Origin: Escherichia phage ukendt
DNA: 64,000 bases
Strand: one strand, 5' to 3'
Sequence record: NC_052661.1
The notes under the pieces were generated by a model. That model did not search any database and had not been told where the DNA came from. It worked only from the letters and a program-made list of their open reading frames with translations. Position 1 is the first letter of the stretch. Every line of letters starts with the position of its first letter. Position numbers and translations under genes: made by a program. Shown one piece after another: positions 1 to 7,846 of the stretch.

Positions 1-276
1 AATCTCTTCCTCCAAACGGGAGATCTCTTCTCTTAGATATACCATTTCGGATTCTTTCTCTTCTAATTCATTTTCAAATTTTACTTTATTAGCCTCATTT
101 TCATAATGCAGTTCAGCGTAATCATCACGCATTTGTTCAATAAGATGAATCAGAGACAAGATATAATTGTCTCCCGTTTCATCACGCCACTCTTCACCGT
201 GACGGAGAACGGTAATTCGTCCAGTATCTTCATCTAAAATTGTCTCATATTTACGATCATCTGTATAAATCTGCAT
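1..276 (-). CDS. hypothetical protein, partial (start at 276; C-terminal end lies beyond the window edge)
   Basis: ATG at 276..274 preceded by AAGGAG RBS; frame open to nt 1 (92 codons, no stop); Glu/Leu-rich coiled-coil-like; absent from ORF track only because no stop lies in the window. Confidence 0.45.
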   Translation of the reverse strand, partial: MQIYTDDRKYETILDEDTGRITVLRHGEEWRDETGDNYILSLIHLIEQMRDDYAELHYENEANKVKFENELEEKESEMVYLREEISRLEEEI

Positions 277-285
277 TATTTCTCC

Positions 286-690
286 TTATTGAAGTTTAAG
301 TGAACCACGAAGACGTTTCTCTTGCTGATCACGGATATATTGTGGAACCTCGTGAATTGAATCATTACCGTGCCTATTTTCAACAACTAAAGAGATAACT
401 TGATAACCAAACTCTTCAGCAAGAGCTAGATAAGGTTTAAGTTCTTTCTCTGTGGTTGAAGTATTAGAAACAATAATCTTGTTAAGATTAGATGCCATAG
501 CATCACGAACAATACCCTGACACCATGCGTGTGCTTTACCTACATTTTCTGGCTTCCAATCGTAAACACCACTCTCTGTGTAATGATATTGATCTGCCTC
601 ACAGATAGGCCAATAACCTTCAGAAATAATTTCTGCTACTGTAGATTTACCAGCACCTGAAACGCCACGTAAAATGATAAGTTGTTTCAT
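286..690 (-). CDS. P-loop kinase (polynucleotide/nucleoside kinase-like)
   Basis: Walker A GVSGAGKST near N-terminus; 134 aa; last gene of a kinase-ligase-phosphoesterase operon. Confidence 0.6.
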   Translation of the reverse strand: MKQLIILRGVSGAGKSTVAEIISEGYWPICEADQYHYTESGVYDWKPENVGKAHAWCQGIVRDAMASNLNKIIVSNTSTTEKELKPYLALAEEFGYQVISLVVENRHGNDSIHEVPQYIRDQQEKRLRGSLKLQ

Positions 691-1623
691 TTATCCTCCA
701 AAAAAGTTTTCGATTTTTTCACGTCGCTCTTGCTGATTTAAAGCAGCCCATTGAATCTTCGTAAAATTATTTCGAATCCATTCTAACAAAGCGTAATATT
801 CTTCGTCAACCATTTGTTTGGCATTTTTTGGATTATCCCAAATCAGATCCCACTTTTTATCTCCACCGCGCATAAGAAACTTCTTAGTAAGATAGTGTGG
901 TGATTTAATTTTTAAAAGTAAGTTGAACGGATAGTTTGTTTCACGAACTACAAACCCTTCGTGTTTACAATGTTTAGACATTTCAACAACATCTGAAAAC
1001 TTAACCATTGGATGAACTTCAGGACGCTTAAATTTGGTGACAGAAGCAATTCCATCAAGAGCACCTTCAGGTAACATAAAACTTGTCCCATCAGGATTTT
1101 GAATTCTGGCACCAATTAAGTATGCACCTGGTTCTTCTTCGACAATATGCGGATCAGAAGGATCACAGATTTCAAAAAGGAAAGTTGCTTTTGCGCTCTC
1201 TGTCCATTTGATGAAATGTTCTATGTCATCACACTCTGAAACAATATGATTCTTTGCAATACTTGCAAAATCTGATTCAAGGCTTCCTGTTGTCGATACA
1301 ATAAGTTGACCTTTATATACACCTACAGAGGCCATAAAACCATTTACTTTACGAACCACATCTACAAGTTCATCCGCTGGTAGATCTGTGCCATTCTCAA
1401 AACGATTAAAAATCTTAGTGAAAGGCCAAATAACAACATTGTCATCAGCATCAACAACGATTCCGCGACATTCTAGAAGACGAGAATCAATGCTCCATAA
1501 GTTATCCCAGAAAACTTTGTTCTTATACTTAAGAACAGATAGACCAGAATACTCTCCTTCTTTATATGTTTTCTTATGAACTAAACCTTTTTCAACCAAA
1601 TCGTCGCAATTAAATTTAGTCAC
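691..1623 (-). CDS. ATP-dependent RNA ligase-like nucleotidyltransferase
   Basis: Covalent nucleotidyltransferase motifs in canonical order and spacing: RKVNGF (motif I lysine), HEGFVVRE (motif IV), LLKIKS (motif V); stop/start abut flanking genes. Confidence 0.55.
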   Translation of the reverse strand: MTKFNCDDLVEKGLVHKKTYKEGEYSGLSVLKYKNKVFWDNLWSIDSRLLECRGIVVDADDNVVIWPFTKIFNRFENGTDLPADELVDVVRKVNGFMASVGVYKGQLIVSTTGSLESDFASIAKNHIVSECDDIEHFIKWTESAKATFLFEICDPSDPHIVEEEPGAYLIGARIQNPDGTSFMLPEGALDGIASVTKFKRPEVHPMVKFSDVVEMSKHCKHEGFVVRETNYPFNLLLKIKSPHYLTKKFLMRGGDKKWDLIWDNPKNAKQMVDEEYYALLEWIRNNFTKIQWAALNQQERREKIENFFGG

Positions 1624-1624
1624 A

Positions 1625-2176
1625 TTACTCTCCTTTGATTATTTTGTGATGGTCTACAGTCACGATATCTCGTTTACTCATCATAGAAATTATCTCATCA
1701 AAATGCAAGATTTTTCCGTGTGCATCCCAACCCACATCTAACATTTTACCATAAGCTTCATCAGGGAAAGATCCGTGGGAATGCCCATGTAGCATGATTG
1801 ATCCACGACCTTGTTTATTCCAGGAGGCAATAGGGTAATGACTTAAGACGAAGAACAGCTTCTGGTATTTCACTTCGTCATAATACACCACTTCGCCATA
1901 CTCTGCAAGCACTTCTCGGTGTTTGCTGTAGTCATGGTTCCCAACACAGTAGGTGATATCTCCTTGGAGACGGGAAGCAATTTTACGGGTATCTTCTTCA
2001 GTTCCGAAACAGAAGTCGCCCAAATGCCACATCTTAACACCAGGAGTAGTAGCACATTTGTTCCATGCTTCGATCAAGGCTTCTGTCATGTGGTCCATAT
2101 CTTCCCACGGACGATATTCAGGAGCAAACTCTCGAATACGTTTATGCATAAAATGCAAATCGCTTGTAATAAACAT
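1625..2176 (-). CDS. calcineurin-like metallophosphoesterase
   Basis: DLHF, HLGDFCFG, VGNHDY and LHGHSHG motifs in the order typical of the metallophosphoesterase fold; 183 aa. Confidence 0.7.
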   Translation of the reverse strand: MFITSDLHFMHKRIREFAPEYRPWEDMDHMTEALIEAWNKCATTPGVKMWHLGDFCFGTEEDTRKIASRLQGDITYCVGNHDYSKHREVLAEYGEVVYYDEVKYQKLFFVLSHYPIASWNKQGRGSIMLHGHSHGSFPDEAYGKMLDVGWDAHGKILHFDEIISMMSKRDIVTVDHHKIIKGE

Positions 2177-2532
2177 TAGTATAATCCCTCGCTAAATAAT
2201 TCATGATCGTGACCATTACGCTCATGGTCGATCTGGTCAGCATTTTCCGCGATGATGTAAGCATCCGCACGACTCCACCAATTGTAATACTGATCGATAA
2301 AGCCTTGATTATCTGGTGTGCACAAAGTTTTGTTGATTACACCTGCTTCTTTCAACACGTTTAACTGTGCATATAGTACAGGATTTGCATGTCGAACACA
2401 AGGAATAATTAACTCTTCACCATTATTCAAAATATACTTATTTGCAGCACAGACGATAACACGTTGCGCATAATGACCCTCACCCATCCAGGTAAGAGGT
2501 TGGTAACAAATATTGTTTTCAATACCACTCAT
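2176..2532 (-). CDS. hypothetical early protein
   Basis: 118-aa ORF, start overlaps stop of downstream gene; no recognisable motif. Confidence 0.4.
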   Translation of the reverse strand: MSGIENNICYQPLTWMGEGHYAQRVIVCAANKYILNNGEELIIPCVRHANPVLYAQLNVLKEAGVINKTLCTPDNQGFIDQYYNWWSRADAYIIAENADQIDHERNGHDHELFSEGLY

Positions 2533-2691
2533 TGTTTCCTAATCCTCCTCTCTTAAGTTATCCTCGAAAAAACTAGTGTCTGGAAGTAAAAGATCATTAC
2601 TTGTGTCGGGCCAATCCTCTTCTTCTCGGTAGATAAAGTAACCTTCGTCCTCTTCTTGTTCCGACCAAACCGAATGATGCATGTTCTCTCC

Positions 2692-3048
2692 TTAATAGTG
2701 CACACGAATCATTTTAATACCATAACGCAGCATGGATTCTTTTGCAAGCATGAATTTATCCCCAGCGGCGGGATTAGAAGTATGCACGAAAATGGTAGGT
2801 GAACCAAAGCAAGGTTTACCAAACGCCAAAAGTTCTTCCAGGCGCAGGAAAACATCATACCCATCTTGGTCAGAATCTTCACCCAAATCGTTGTCAAAAT
2901 GCCACTCGTCTACAAAACGATAACCCTTCTGCACCTCGTTCATGTAGCGAGAGGCAAGAAGTTCCTGTGATGTTTTAAACCAGATTGCATCTGGACAACC
3001 ATAATCTTTTGGATCACGTAAATCATCAAGCCAAATAATAGTACCCAT
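2692..3048 (-). CDS. hypothetical early protein
   Basis: 118-aa ORF in the co-directional early block; function not recognisable. Confidence 0.4.
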   Translation of the reverse strand: MGTIIWLDDLRDPKDYGCPDAIWFKTSQELLASRYMNEVQKGYRFVDEWHFDNDLGEDSDQDGYDVFLRLEELLAFGKPCFGSPTIFVHTSNPAAGDKFMLAKESMLRYGIKMIRVHY

Positions 3049-3058
3049 ATAACCTCCT

Positions 3059-3529
3059 CTAAGCTGGCATGATTAAAAAAGAACTCTCCACTTCAAAATG
3101 CCAATCATCTACAAGCCCTGATTCCCAATCCTTCTCTTCATGGAAAGAGCAAATCCAACGGTACATACCTGGCGGTGTATTCTCAACATCTTCTGGCAAC
3201 CCATAATCCAAAGCTGTCTTACCGTTCTCGGTAAAACCAGGATGGAGATTAGGAGCTTTCAGTACAGAAACCATACCTCCAACATCTACAGCCACGATCC
3301 ACTCTGTCATGTATGGGCTGTCATATTGAGGCTCATCAGAACCTACCTCAACAGCCTCTGTGCGTAAGATGATAATAGCCTGCTCTGTGATTGGGGCTTT
3401 GACAATATACCCGTGATCCTCAAAAAGATCGATAACCTCGAACTCATCGCCGTTTTCGATACCATAGCTCTTATTCAAAGAGATAAACTTCGGGTTATCA
3501 TCGTAAGCTTTAGTTACTTTAATTTTCAT
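3059..3529 (-). CDS. hypothetical early protein
   Basis: 156-aa ORF, acidic; tightly packed with neighbours. Confidence 0.4.
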   Translation of the reverse strand: MKIKVTKAYDDNPKFISLNKSYGIENGDEFEVIDLFEDHGYIVKAPITEQAIIILRTEAVEVGSDEPQYDSPYMTEWIVAVDVGGMVSVLKAPNLHPGFTENGKTALDYGLPEDVENTPPGMYRWICSFHEEKDWESGLVDDWHFEVESSFLIMPA

Positions 3530-3750
3530 TTTTCCTCCTTCACTTTAACCTCAAATTCTACAGGCTTACCCTCAATGTAAAAACACTGATACTCTGCCTT
3601 ATCATCCTCATCACGAGGCCAAGTTACCAAGGAGTTATAGCAATCTTCTGGTGCTTTGAAGATGGTTTTAGTCTCCACAGTAACATTCCCATTAAGTGTT
3701 GCCAATACCACCCACCCAGCTACAGGGATCATAGTGCCTCCACTTTCCAC
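3526..3750 (-). CDS. hypothetical early protein
   Basis: 74-aa ORF; 4-nt start/stop overlap with neighbour. Confidence 0.35.
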   Translation of the reverse strand: MESGGTMIPVAGWVVLATLNGNVTVETKTIFKAPEDCYNSLVTWPRDEDDKAEYQCFYIEGKPVEFEVKVKEEK

Positions 3751-3911
3751 GTTTTACCCTTATCAACCAAGGTCTTTGCTACAGCATACTCCTTCCCATT
3801 AACAATGAAATAATAAACTATAAAAGATTTTCCGATTGTTACTGTCTTAGTAACCTCTACGCGTTTAACACCTTGCATGTATTTCGCCTTACCGGAATAA
3901 AGTAAAATCAT
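3729..3911 (-). CDS. hypothetical early protein
   Basis: 60-aa ORF overlapping neighbours in the operon-like packing. Confidence 0.3.
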   Translation of the reverse strand: MILLYSGKAKYMQGVKRVEVTKTVTIGKSFIVYYFIVNGKEYAVAKTLVDKGKTWKVEAL

Positions 3912-4189
3912 TTTGCATTCCTCTTATTATTGATAACATCCATAGCAGTATATGGTTTATTAGTGCCATGATACTCCAGAATCATTGGAGAGCCTTCTTG
4001 CACTACTTCAAAAATACCATAAACAGAACTTTCAGCAAATACCATTTGCTTCGTGCCTTCATCGTTTACAACGAGAGAAAACTTCTTGCCTGTCCCGTTG
4101 AGGATCTCGTATTTCTTGCCAGCAGTGAATAATCCAGAGTACCACTCGTTATCTGTTGCTTTTACACACTTCAGGAAAGTCTTGATCAT
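3908..4189 (-). CDS. hypothetical early protein
   Basis: 93-aa ORF; start/stop overlaps with flanking ORFs. Confidence 0.35.
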   Translation of the reverse strand: MIKTFLKCVKATDNEWYSGLFTAGKKYEILNGTGKKFSLVVNDEGTKQMVFAESSVYGIFEVVQEGSPMILEYHGTNKPYTAMDVINNKRNAK

Positions 4190-4539
4190 TTCTTTTTGCT
4201 CCTCTTTTTAGATTTCTCATACAAACCTAACACAGCCGCCTCTTTTGCACAAGTAGGAACTGAAGTCATTCCTCTTCGTTTTGCTTCTGGTAGTTGCAAA
4301 GTCCATATTCCCCACCAATAAATTTGGTCTGCCGTGAGTGGTTCAGCCATTGGATCTGCCTCCTGCTCCTCAAGACGTTGCAACGCTTCTTCAATCTTCT
4401 CGATTGGTGTGTCAAAGACGAATGCCTCCGTATCAAATTTATCTTTCTTAGGAACTGATTTGGCTACTTTGAGAACCTCGTTTTTCGGTTTCTTAGTAAC
4501 GTTCTTTGGCTTTGATAACTTCTTCGGTGTTTTCGCCAC
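4186..4539 (-). CDS. hypothetical Lys-rich protein (possible nucleic-acid binding)
   Basis: GTG start at 4539..4537 with GGAGG RBS 6 nt upstream; very basic N-terminus and KKRSKKK C-terminus. Confidence 0.4.
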   Translation of the reverse strand: MAKTPKKLSKPKNVTKKPKNEVLKVAKSVPKKDKFDTEAFVFDTPIEKIEEALQRLEEQEADPMAEPLTADQIYWWGIWTLQLPEAKRRGMTSVPTCAKEAAVLGLYEKSKKRSKKK

Positions 4540-4732
4540 TTACTACCTCCATACGATCTAAAAAGTCATTCACAAATCTCCAGTAACGTTGACCTGTTCT
4601 AAGATCTTCATAGATAACCACAGGATCAAACACTTTAGATATTCCGGCAGGTTTTGGAAATTCCACTACCGTATATAAACCACCTTTTGCTACACAAGAA
4701 TAGGTTACGCCTGTAATTGGATAGTTGCTCAT
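4493..4732 (-). CDS. hypothetical early protein
   Basis: 79-aa ORF. Confidence 0.35.
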   Translation of the reverse strand: MSNYPITGVTYSCVAKGGLYTVVEFPKPAGISKVFDPVVIYEDLRTGQRYWRFVNDFLDRMEVVSGENTEEVIKAKERY

Positions 4733-4923
4733 TTCTTTACGTACTCCATGATTGGGGTATGGTCGCCAGTAAGTGTAACACGGCTGTAGGACACATCTTG
4801 TGTCTTCAGTGTATCAATCCACTCTAAGAAGTGTTCTTTCGCTTCTGTGTAGTTCTGTGTGCCTTTAACAACGTGTATACCATCTAGAGTTACACGGAAT
4901 ACCATTTGAATAACGTCTTTCAT
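4729..4923 (-). CDS. hypothetical early protein
   Basis: 64-aa ORF; 4-nt overlaps with both neighbours. Confidence 0.35.
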   Translation of the reverse strand: MKDVIQMVFRVTLDGIHVVKGTQNYTEAKEHFLEWIDTLKTQDVSYSRVTLTGDHTPIMEYVKK

Positions 4924-5117
4924 TTCTTACCTCCTTTGTTGTCAAAATAACTTACCAGAACATCGTGAACCACACACATGGCAAAAATCAGAACAATTGT
5001 TGTCAGGACTGGATTCTCACTAATTAGTGCTATCATCTTTAACCACCTCCAATTGCCTTTCGAGTTTGACTTTGTTTGAGAACTGATAATGACACAACTT
5101 ACATTGCATGTCAACAA
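4920..5117 (-). CDS. hypothetical small membrane protein (true start probably the internal ATG at 5036)
   Basis: Hydrophobic stretch VLTTIVLIFAMCVVHDVLV; track ORF overlaps upstream gene by ~98 nt, the internal Met reduces this to 17 nt. Confidence 0.25.
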   Translation of the reverse strand: MLTCNVSCVIISSQTKSNSKGNWRWLKMIALISENPVLTTIVLIFAMCVVHDVLVSYFDNKGGKK

Positions 5118-5343
5118 TCTGATCGTGATTTAACCCTACAATTTTAACTTCCTTTGCACCATCCCATTCCAAATACTCAAAGCCATCCAAATGATTACTC
5201 TTGTCCAACAGGAATGCTATCTGCTGCCATTCAATCTGAATATCATTTAAATGATATGCTGCACAGAAGATATCCTCATAGTAAAAGACGACCATTGTCA
5301 TTGCTTCGTCCAGTACAACTACCTCTTGTCTTGTAAATCTCAT
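5020..5343 (-). CDS. hypothetical early protein (first gene of the minus-strand block)
   Basis: 107-aa ORF directly downstream of the divergent control region. Confidence 0.4.
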   Translation of the reverse strand: MRFTRQEVVVLDEAMTMVVFYYEDIFCAAYHLNDIQIEWQQIAFLLDKSNHLDGFEYLEWDGAKEVKIVGLNHDQIVDMQCKLCHYQFSNKVKLERQLEVVKDDSTN

Positions 5344-5598
5344 TCTAGCCTCCTAAACGCGTCTCTGACGCACTTTTTATATATAAGATGATAAATCACC
5401 TTACCTAGTAAGTAAACTTGCTCTACGAGCCTCTTATGAAGCTTATGTTATAGGCTATACTATTGCTACCTGTTTAAGCAAGGTTTTTGCACACAGAAAA
5501 TAATTTTTAATAAAACTCTTGACTTTTGTGTTCGAAGTATGCTACCCTAGAAATCTATTAACGAGCGAAGCGAGTTAAGGTTTTAGGTTGTTGATGTA

Positions 5599-5630
5599 GT
5601 ACTCTGTACTCAAGTACTGTACTCCGTACT
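5599..5630. repeat. five closely spaced GTACT repeats
   Basis: GTACT at 5599, 5606, 5614, 5619 and 5626; further GTAC-containing motifs at 5681..5716. Confidence 0.6.
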
Positions 5631-5766
5631 AGATTAATAATTATTAAATATTAATAATAAATAATTATTAGATCTAACAAACAGGTACAGTGTATCAGAA
5701 CTGGTACGTACAGATCAACTTCTATCAATTAAAAAATAAAATAATAAATTATTATAAATAATACTT

Positions 5767-5778
5767 GATCTATAGATC
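5767..5778. repeat. perfect 12-bp palindrome GATCTATAGATC
   Basis: Read directly from sequence; 48 bp upstream of the first plus-strand ORF. Confidence 0.6.
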
Positions 5779-5825
5779 AGTATGAAGTATAGTACGGAAC
5801 ATCTTAACAAGAATGGAGGTGTGCA

Positions 5826-6011
5826 ATGATTAGTGAGAATCCGTGCAAATGGCATCATGTGCCTATTAAAGATTGTATGTCTTGTAATCCACGTTCTATT
5901 TATAACATTGCATCTTATGATGATGACAATGTGTTAGACGATGATGAAGGCTGGGAGGATTTAGATTGGACTGGTTATGAAACCAAAAAGGATAAAATTA
6001 TTCCTAGTTGA
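5826..6011 (+). CDS. hypothetical small acidic Cys-containing protein
   Basis: ATG preceded by GGAGG RBS; 61 aa. Confidence 0.4.
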   Translation: MISENPCKWHHVPIKDCMSCNPRSIYNIASYDDDNVLDDDEGWEDLDWTGYETKKDKIIPS

Positions 6012-6048
6012 CTTAAGATATCCTTCGTGCTAAACTAGAAATGAGGAG

Positions 6049-6300
6049 ATGCCGATCACTCCCCATTTGGGGTTCGAAGGATATATGCAAAATAGCTTTT
6101 ATTTTAGGTGCCGTGCTTGTAATAGGCATTTGACAAACCACTCCAGACGTGATAAAAATGGAGTCATCAAGGAATCAGACCTCTGTTCTATTTGCACAGG
6201 TTTGGCTTTTGATGATAGTCCCGAAAGGGTTTATCAGCATCAATGTATAACAGACGTTCTCGTGTCAAACTTGGTAGAGGACGAACAACTAACAGATTAG
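6049..6300 (+). CDS. hypothetical zinc-ribbon-like protein
   Basis: CRAC...CSIC cysteine pairs; possible alternative start at ATG 6085 with better RBS spacing. Confidence 0.35.
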   Translation: MPITPHLGFEGYMQNSFYFRCRACNRHLTNHSRRDKNGVIKESDLCSICTGLAFDDSPERVYQHQCITDVLVSNLVEDEQLTD

Positions 6301-6308
6301 GAGGAACA

Positions 6309-6557
6309 ATGTCTCTATTAGAAAAACACGTGTTTGAAGATGGTAACGGCAATGCAGTTTTTCTTTTCCATCCAGAAAAATACACATCTGAAAACAATGG
6401 TACAACTTCTATTGTAATCACTAAAGATGTTAAAGTTATTGATTTCTTGGCTCTGATGCGAGAGATGGATCTTGAAATTAATACTTTTAACGCAGAAGCT
6501 TTGGTTGTTGCTCTTCTGGAAAAGAAAGATAGTGAAGAAGTAGCAGAATATGCTTAA
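6309..6557 (+). CDS. hypothetical protein (start refined from track start 6243)
   Basis: ATG 6309 preceded by AGGAGG RBS; followed by a 10-bp-stem hairpin at 6571..6598. Confidence 0.45.
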   Translation: MSLLEKHVFEDGNGNAVFLFHPEKYTSENNGTTSIVITKDVKVIDFLALMREMDLEINTFNAEALVVALLEKKDSEEVAEYA

Positions 6558-6564
6558 ATAACTA

Positions 6565-6594
6565 TTGACAAACGTATCCTTCATATGTTAGGAT
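6565..6594 (+). promoter_or_regulatory. sigma70-like promoter (TTGACA, 18-nt spacer, TG-extended TAGGAT)
   Basis: Exact TTGACA at 6565..6570; TG then TAGGAT at 6589..6594; upstream of the first tRNA pair; overlaps the hairpin. Confidence 0.4.
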
Positions 6595-6804
6595 ACGTTC
6601 ATCAAGTGTGGTAACAGGGTCGTTGACTTTTGTTAAGAGAGGCTTGCACTGCGGATAGTGTTAGAGACTACTTCTTCAGAGGTTAGCTACCAAAGAGGAA
6701 AAGGAATAGTCTCGGCTCAAGAACTTTTACGCTGAAAGTTGGGCTTGGTCTTAGAGAATGTAGCGGTTCTCTACAATCGTCAGCGTCTCTGTTACCACAT
6801 TTAT

Positions 6805-6879
6805 GGCCCTGTAGCTCAATGGGAGAGCTGTCGGCTCATAACCGATAGGTAGCTGGATCGAAACCAGCCAGGGCCACCA
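6805..6879 (+). tRNA. tRNA-Met (anticodon CAT; elongator vs initiator vs Ile-lysidine not resolved)
   Basis: Hand-folded cloverleaf: acceptor GGCCCTG/CAGGGCC, D-stem GCTC/GAGC, anticodon loop CTCATAA, T-arm GCTGG-ATCGAAA-CCAGC, encoded CCA. Confidence 0.75.
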
Positions 6880-6881
6880 AC

Positions 6882-6956
6882 GTCTTTATGGTGTAATGGA
6901 TAGCACAGGAGTCTTCTAAACTCTTAGTCAAGGTTCGATTCCTTGTAAAGACACCA
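6882..6956 (+). tRNA. tRNA-Arg (anticodon TCT)
   Basis: Acceptor GTCTTTA/TAAAGAC, anticodon loop CTTCTAA, T-arm CAAGG-TTCGATT-CCTTG, encoded CCA. Confidence 0.75.
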
Positions 6957-7028
6957 GAACATTTTAACATGAATTAGCTCAAGTGATTTGAACCCACTAC
7001 TGATCATGGTGGCAGAGAATGAGGTAAG

Positions 7029-7100
7029 TATGTCAGACATTATAAACAAAGGCCACGGTTATATTAGAAGACATAAATGCTCGAAGAGCACCGTTCGCTG
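7029..7100 (+). CDS. possible 23-codon micro-ORF between tRNA blocks
   Basis: ATG 7029 with GAGG 5 nt upstream; MSDIINKGHGYIRRHKCSKSTVR; may equally be untranslated spacer or RNA. Confidence 0.15.
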
Positions 7101-7152
7101 AGAACGGGGGTTGGTGGAGTCACCATTCATGGTAAAATGTTTTAAAAAACTA

Positions 7153-7182
7153 TTGACAACTAACACTATTTTATGTTAGATT
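7153..7182 (+). promoter_or_regulatory. sigma70-like promoter (TTGACA, 18 nt, TG-extended TAGATT)
   Basis: Exact -35 at 7153..7158; predicted start site a few nt before tRNA-Ser at 7191. Confidence 0.5.
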
Positions 7183-7190
7183 ATAAGCAT

Positions 7191-7281
7191 GGAAGGGCAA
7201 ATCGACGTGGCGACGAAAACGGTCTTGAAAACCGCCGAGCTTGAAAGAGCCTTGGGAGTTCGACTCTCCCTCCTTCCGCCA
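7191..7281 (+). tRNA. tRNA-Ser (anticodon TGA), type II
   Basis: Acceptor GGAAGGG/TCCTTCC, anticodon arm ACGGT-CTTGAAA-ACCGC, long variable arm, T-arm GGGAG-TTCGACT-CTCCC, G73, CCA. Confidence 0.7.
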
Positions 7282-7285
7282 GATT

Positions 7286-7371
7286 GGTAGATTGGTGAAA
7301 TGGTAGCCACGACAGTTTGCTAAACTGTAGTCGGAAACGGCGTGTAGGTTCGAGTCCTACATCTACCGCCA
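7286..7371 (+). tRNA. tRNA-Ser (anticodon GCT), type II
   Basis: Acceptor GGTAGAT/ATCTACC, anticodon arm ACAGT-TTGCTAA-ACTGT, long variable arm, T-arm GTAGG-TTCGAGT-CCTAC, G73, CCA. Confidence 0.75.
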
Positions 7372-7501
7372 AGTTCTTTTTAATGTAGCTTACTTTAGCA
7401 GAGTAAATCTTCGGCAAGTGGCGGTAACCACTTTACCGATACCTCATAGTTAGTGGTGTGAACACTGGCTATTTTAAAAAGAATTTAAATATTAGTATTT
7501 A

Positions 7502-7589
7502 GGTGAGTTAATTCCGTAGGGGTAGCGGGGCAGACTGTAAATCTGTTATCATTGCGATTCGGGTGGTTCGACTCCATCACTCACCACCA
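7502..7589 (+). tRNA. tRNA-Tyr (anticodon GTA), type II, with atypical 5' region
   Basis: Acceptor GGTGAGT/ACTCACC perfect, anticodon arm GCAGA-CTGTAAA-TCTGT, A73, CCA; junction between acceptor and D-arm is longer than canonical. Confidence 0.5.
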
Positions 7590-7595
7590 AATTAA

Positions 7596-7681
7596 GATGA
7601 GTTGGCTGAATGGTTTAAGCGGCGGACTGTTAATCCGTGTTCGAAAGAACAATATAGGTTCGAATCCTATACTCATCGCCA
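7596..7681 (+). tRNA. type II (long variable arm) tRNA with anticodon GTT; isotype ambiguous (Ser-like body, Asn anticodon)
   Basis: Acceptor GATGAGT/ACTCATC, D-stem GCT/AGC, anticodon arm GCGGA-CTGTTAA-TCCGT, variable-arm hairpin GTTC-GAAA-GAAC, T-arm ATAGG-TTCGAAT-CCTAT, G73, CCA. Confidence 0.55.
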
Positions 7682-7688
7682 GAATTAT

Positions 7689-7765
7689 GGACTTGTAGAG
7701 TTAAGGTAAACCCCCAGTCGCCAATAGGCTTCTGGAATTGCAGGTATCGAATCCTGCCGAGTCCC
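7689..7765 (+). pseudogene. tRNA-like remnant (acceptor and T-arm-like pairing, no canonical anticodon arm)
   Basis: GGACTTG...CGAGTCC acceptor-like pairing, T-like GCAGG-TATCGAAT-CCTGC with 8-nt loop, no encoded CCA, no 5-bp/7-nt anticodon arm found. Confidence 0.25.
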
Positions 7766-7771
7766 AGCATT

Positions 7772-7846
7772 GCTCCTATAGTATAATGGCTATTACAACG
7801 GTTTTGTAATCCGTGGATCTCTGTTCGATTCAGTGTGGGAGCACCA
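7772..7846 (+). tRNA. tRNA-Thr (anticodon TGT)
   Basis: Acceptor GCTCCTA/TGGGAGC with one G-U pair, anticodon loop TTTGTAA, T-loop TTCGATT, encoded CCA. Confidence 0.65.

Larger units (their letters stand above)
5344..5825. promoter_or_regulatory. divergent AT-rich intergenic control region (candidate early promoters and/or origin)
   Basis: 480 bp without ORFs between oppositely oriented gene blocks; GTACT iterons, long A/T palindromic tract 5631..5675, perfect palindrome GATCTATAGATC. Confidence 0.5.

Noticed and set aside
5519-5547. TTGACT at 5519 as another member of the promoter family
   Set aside because: No acceptable -10 hexamer at 16-18 nt spacing (CTACCC); left unannotated although the region probably contains promoters.
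7181-7417. 78-aa minus-strand track ORF
   Set aside because: Lies entirely across two well-folded tRNA-Ser genes; product is low-complexity; no RBS.
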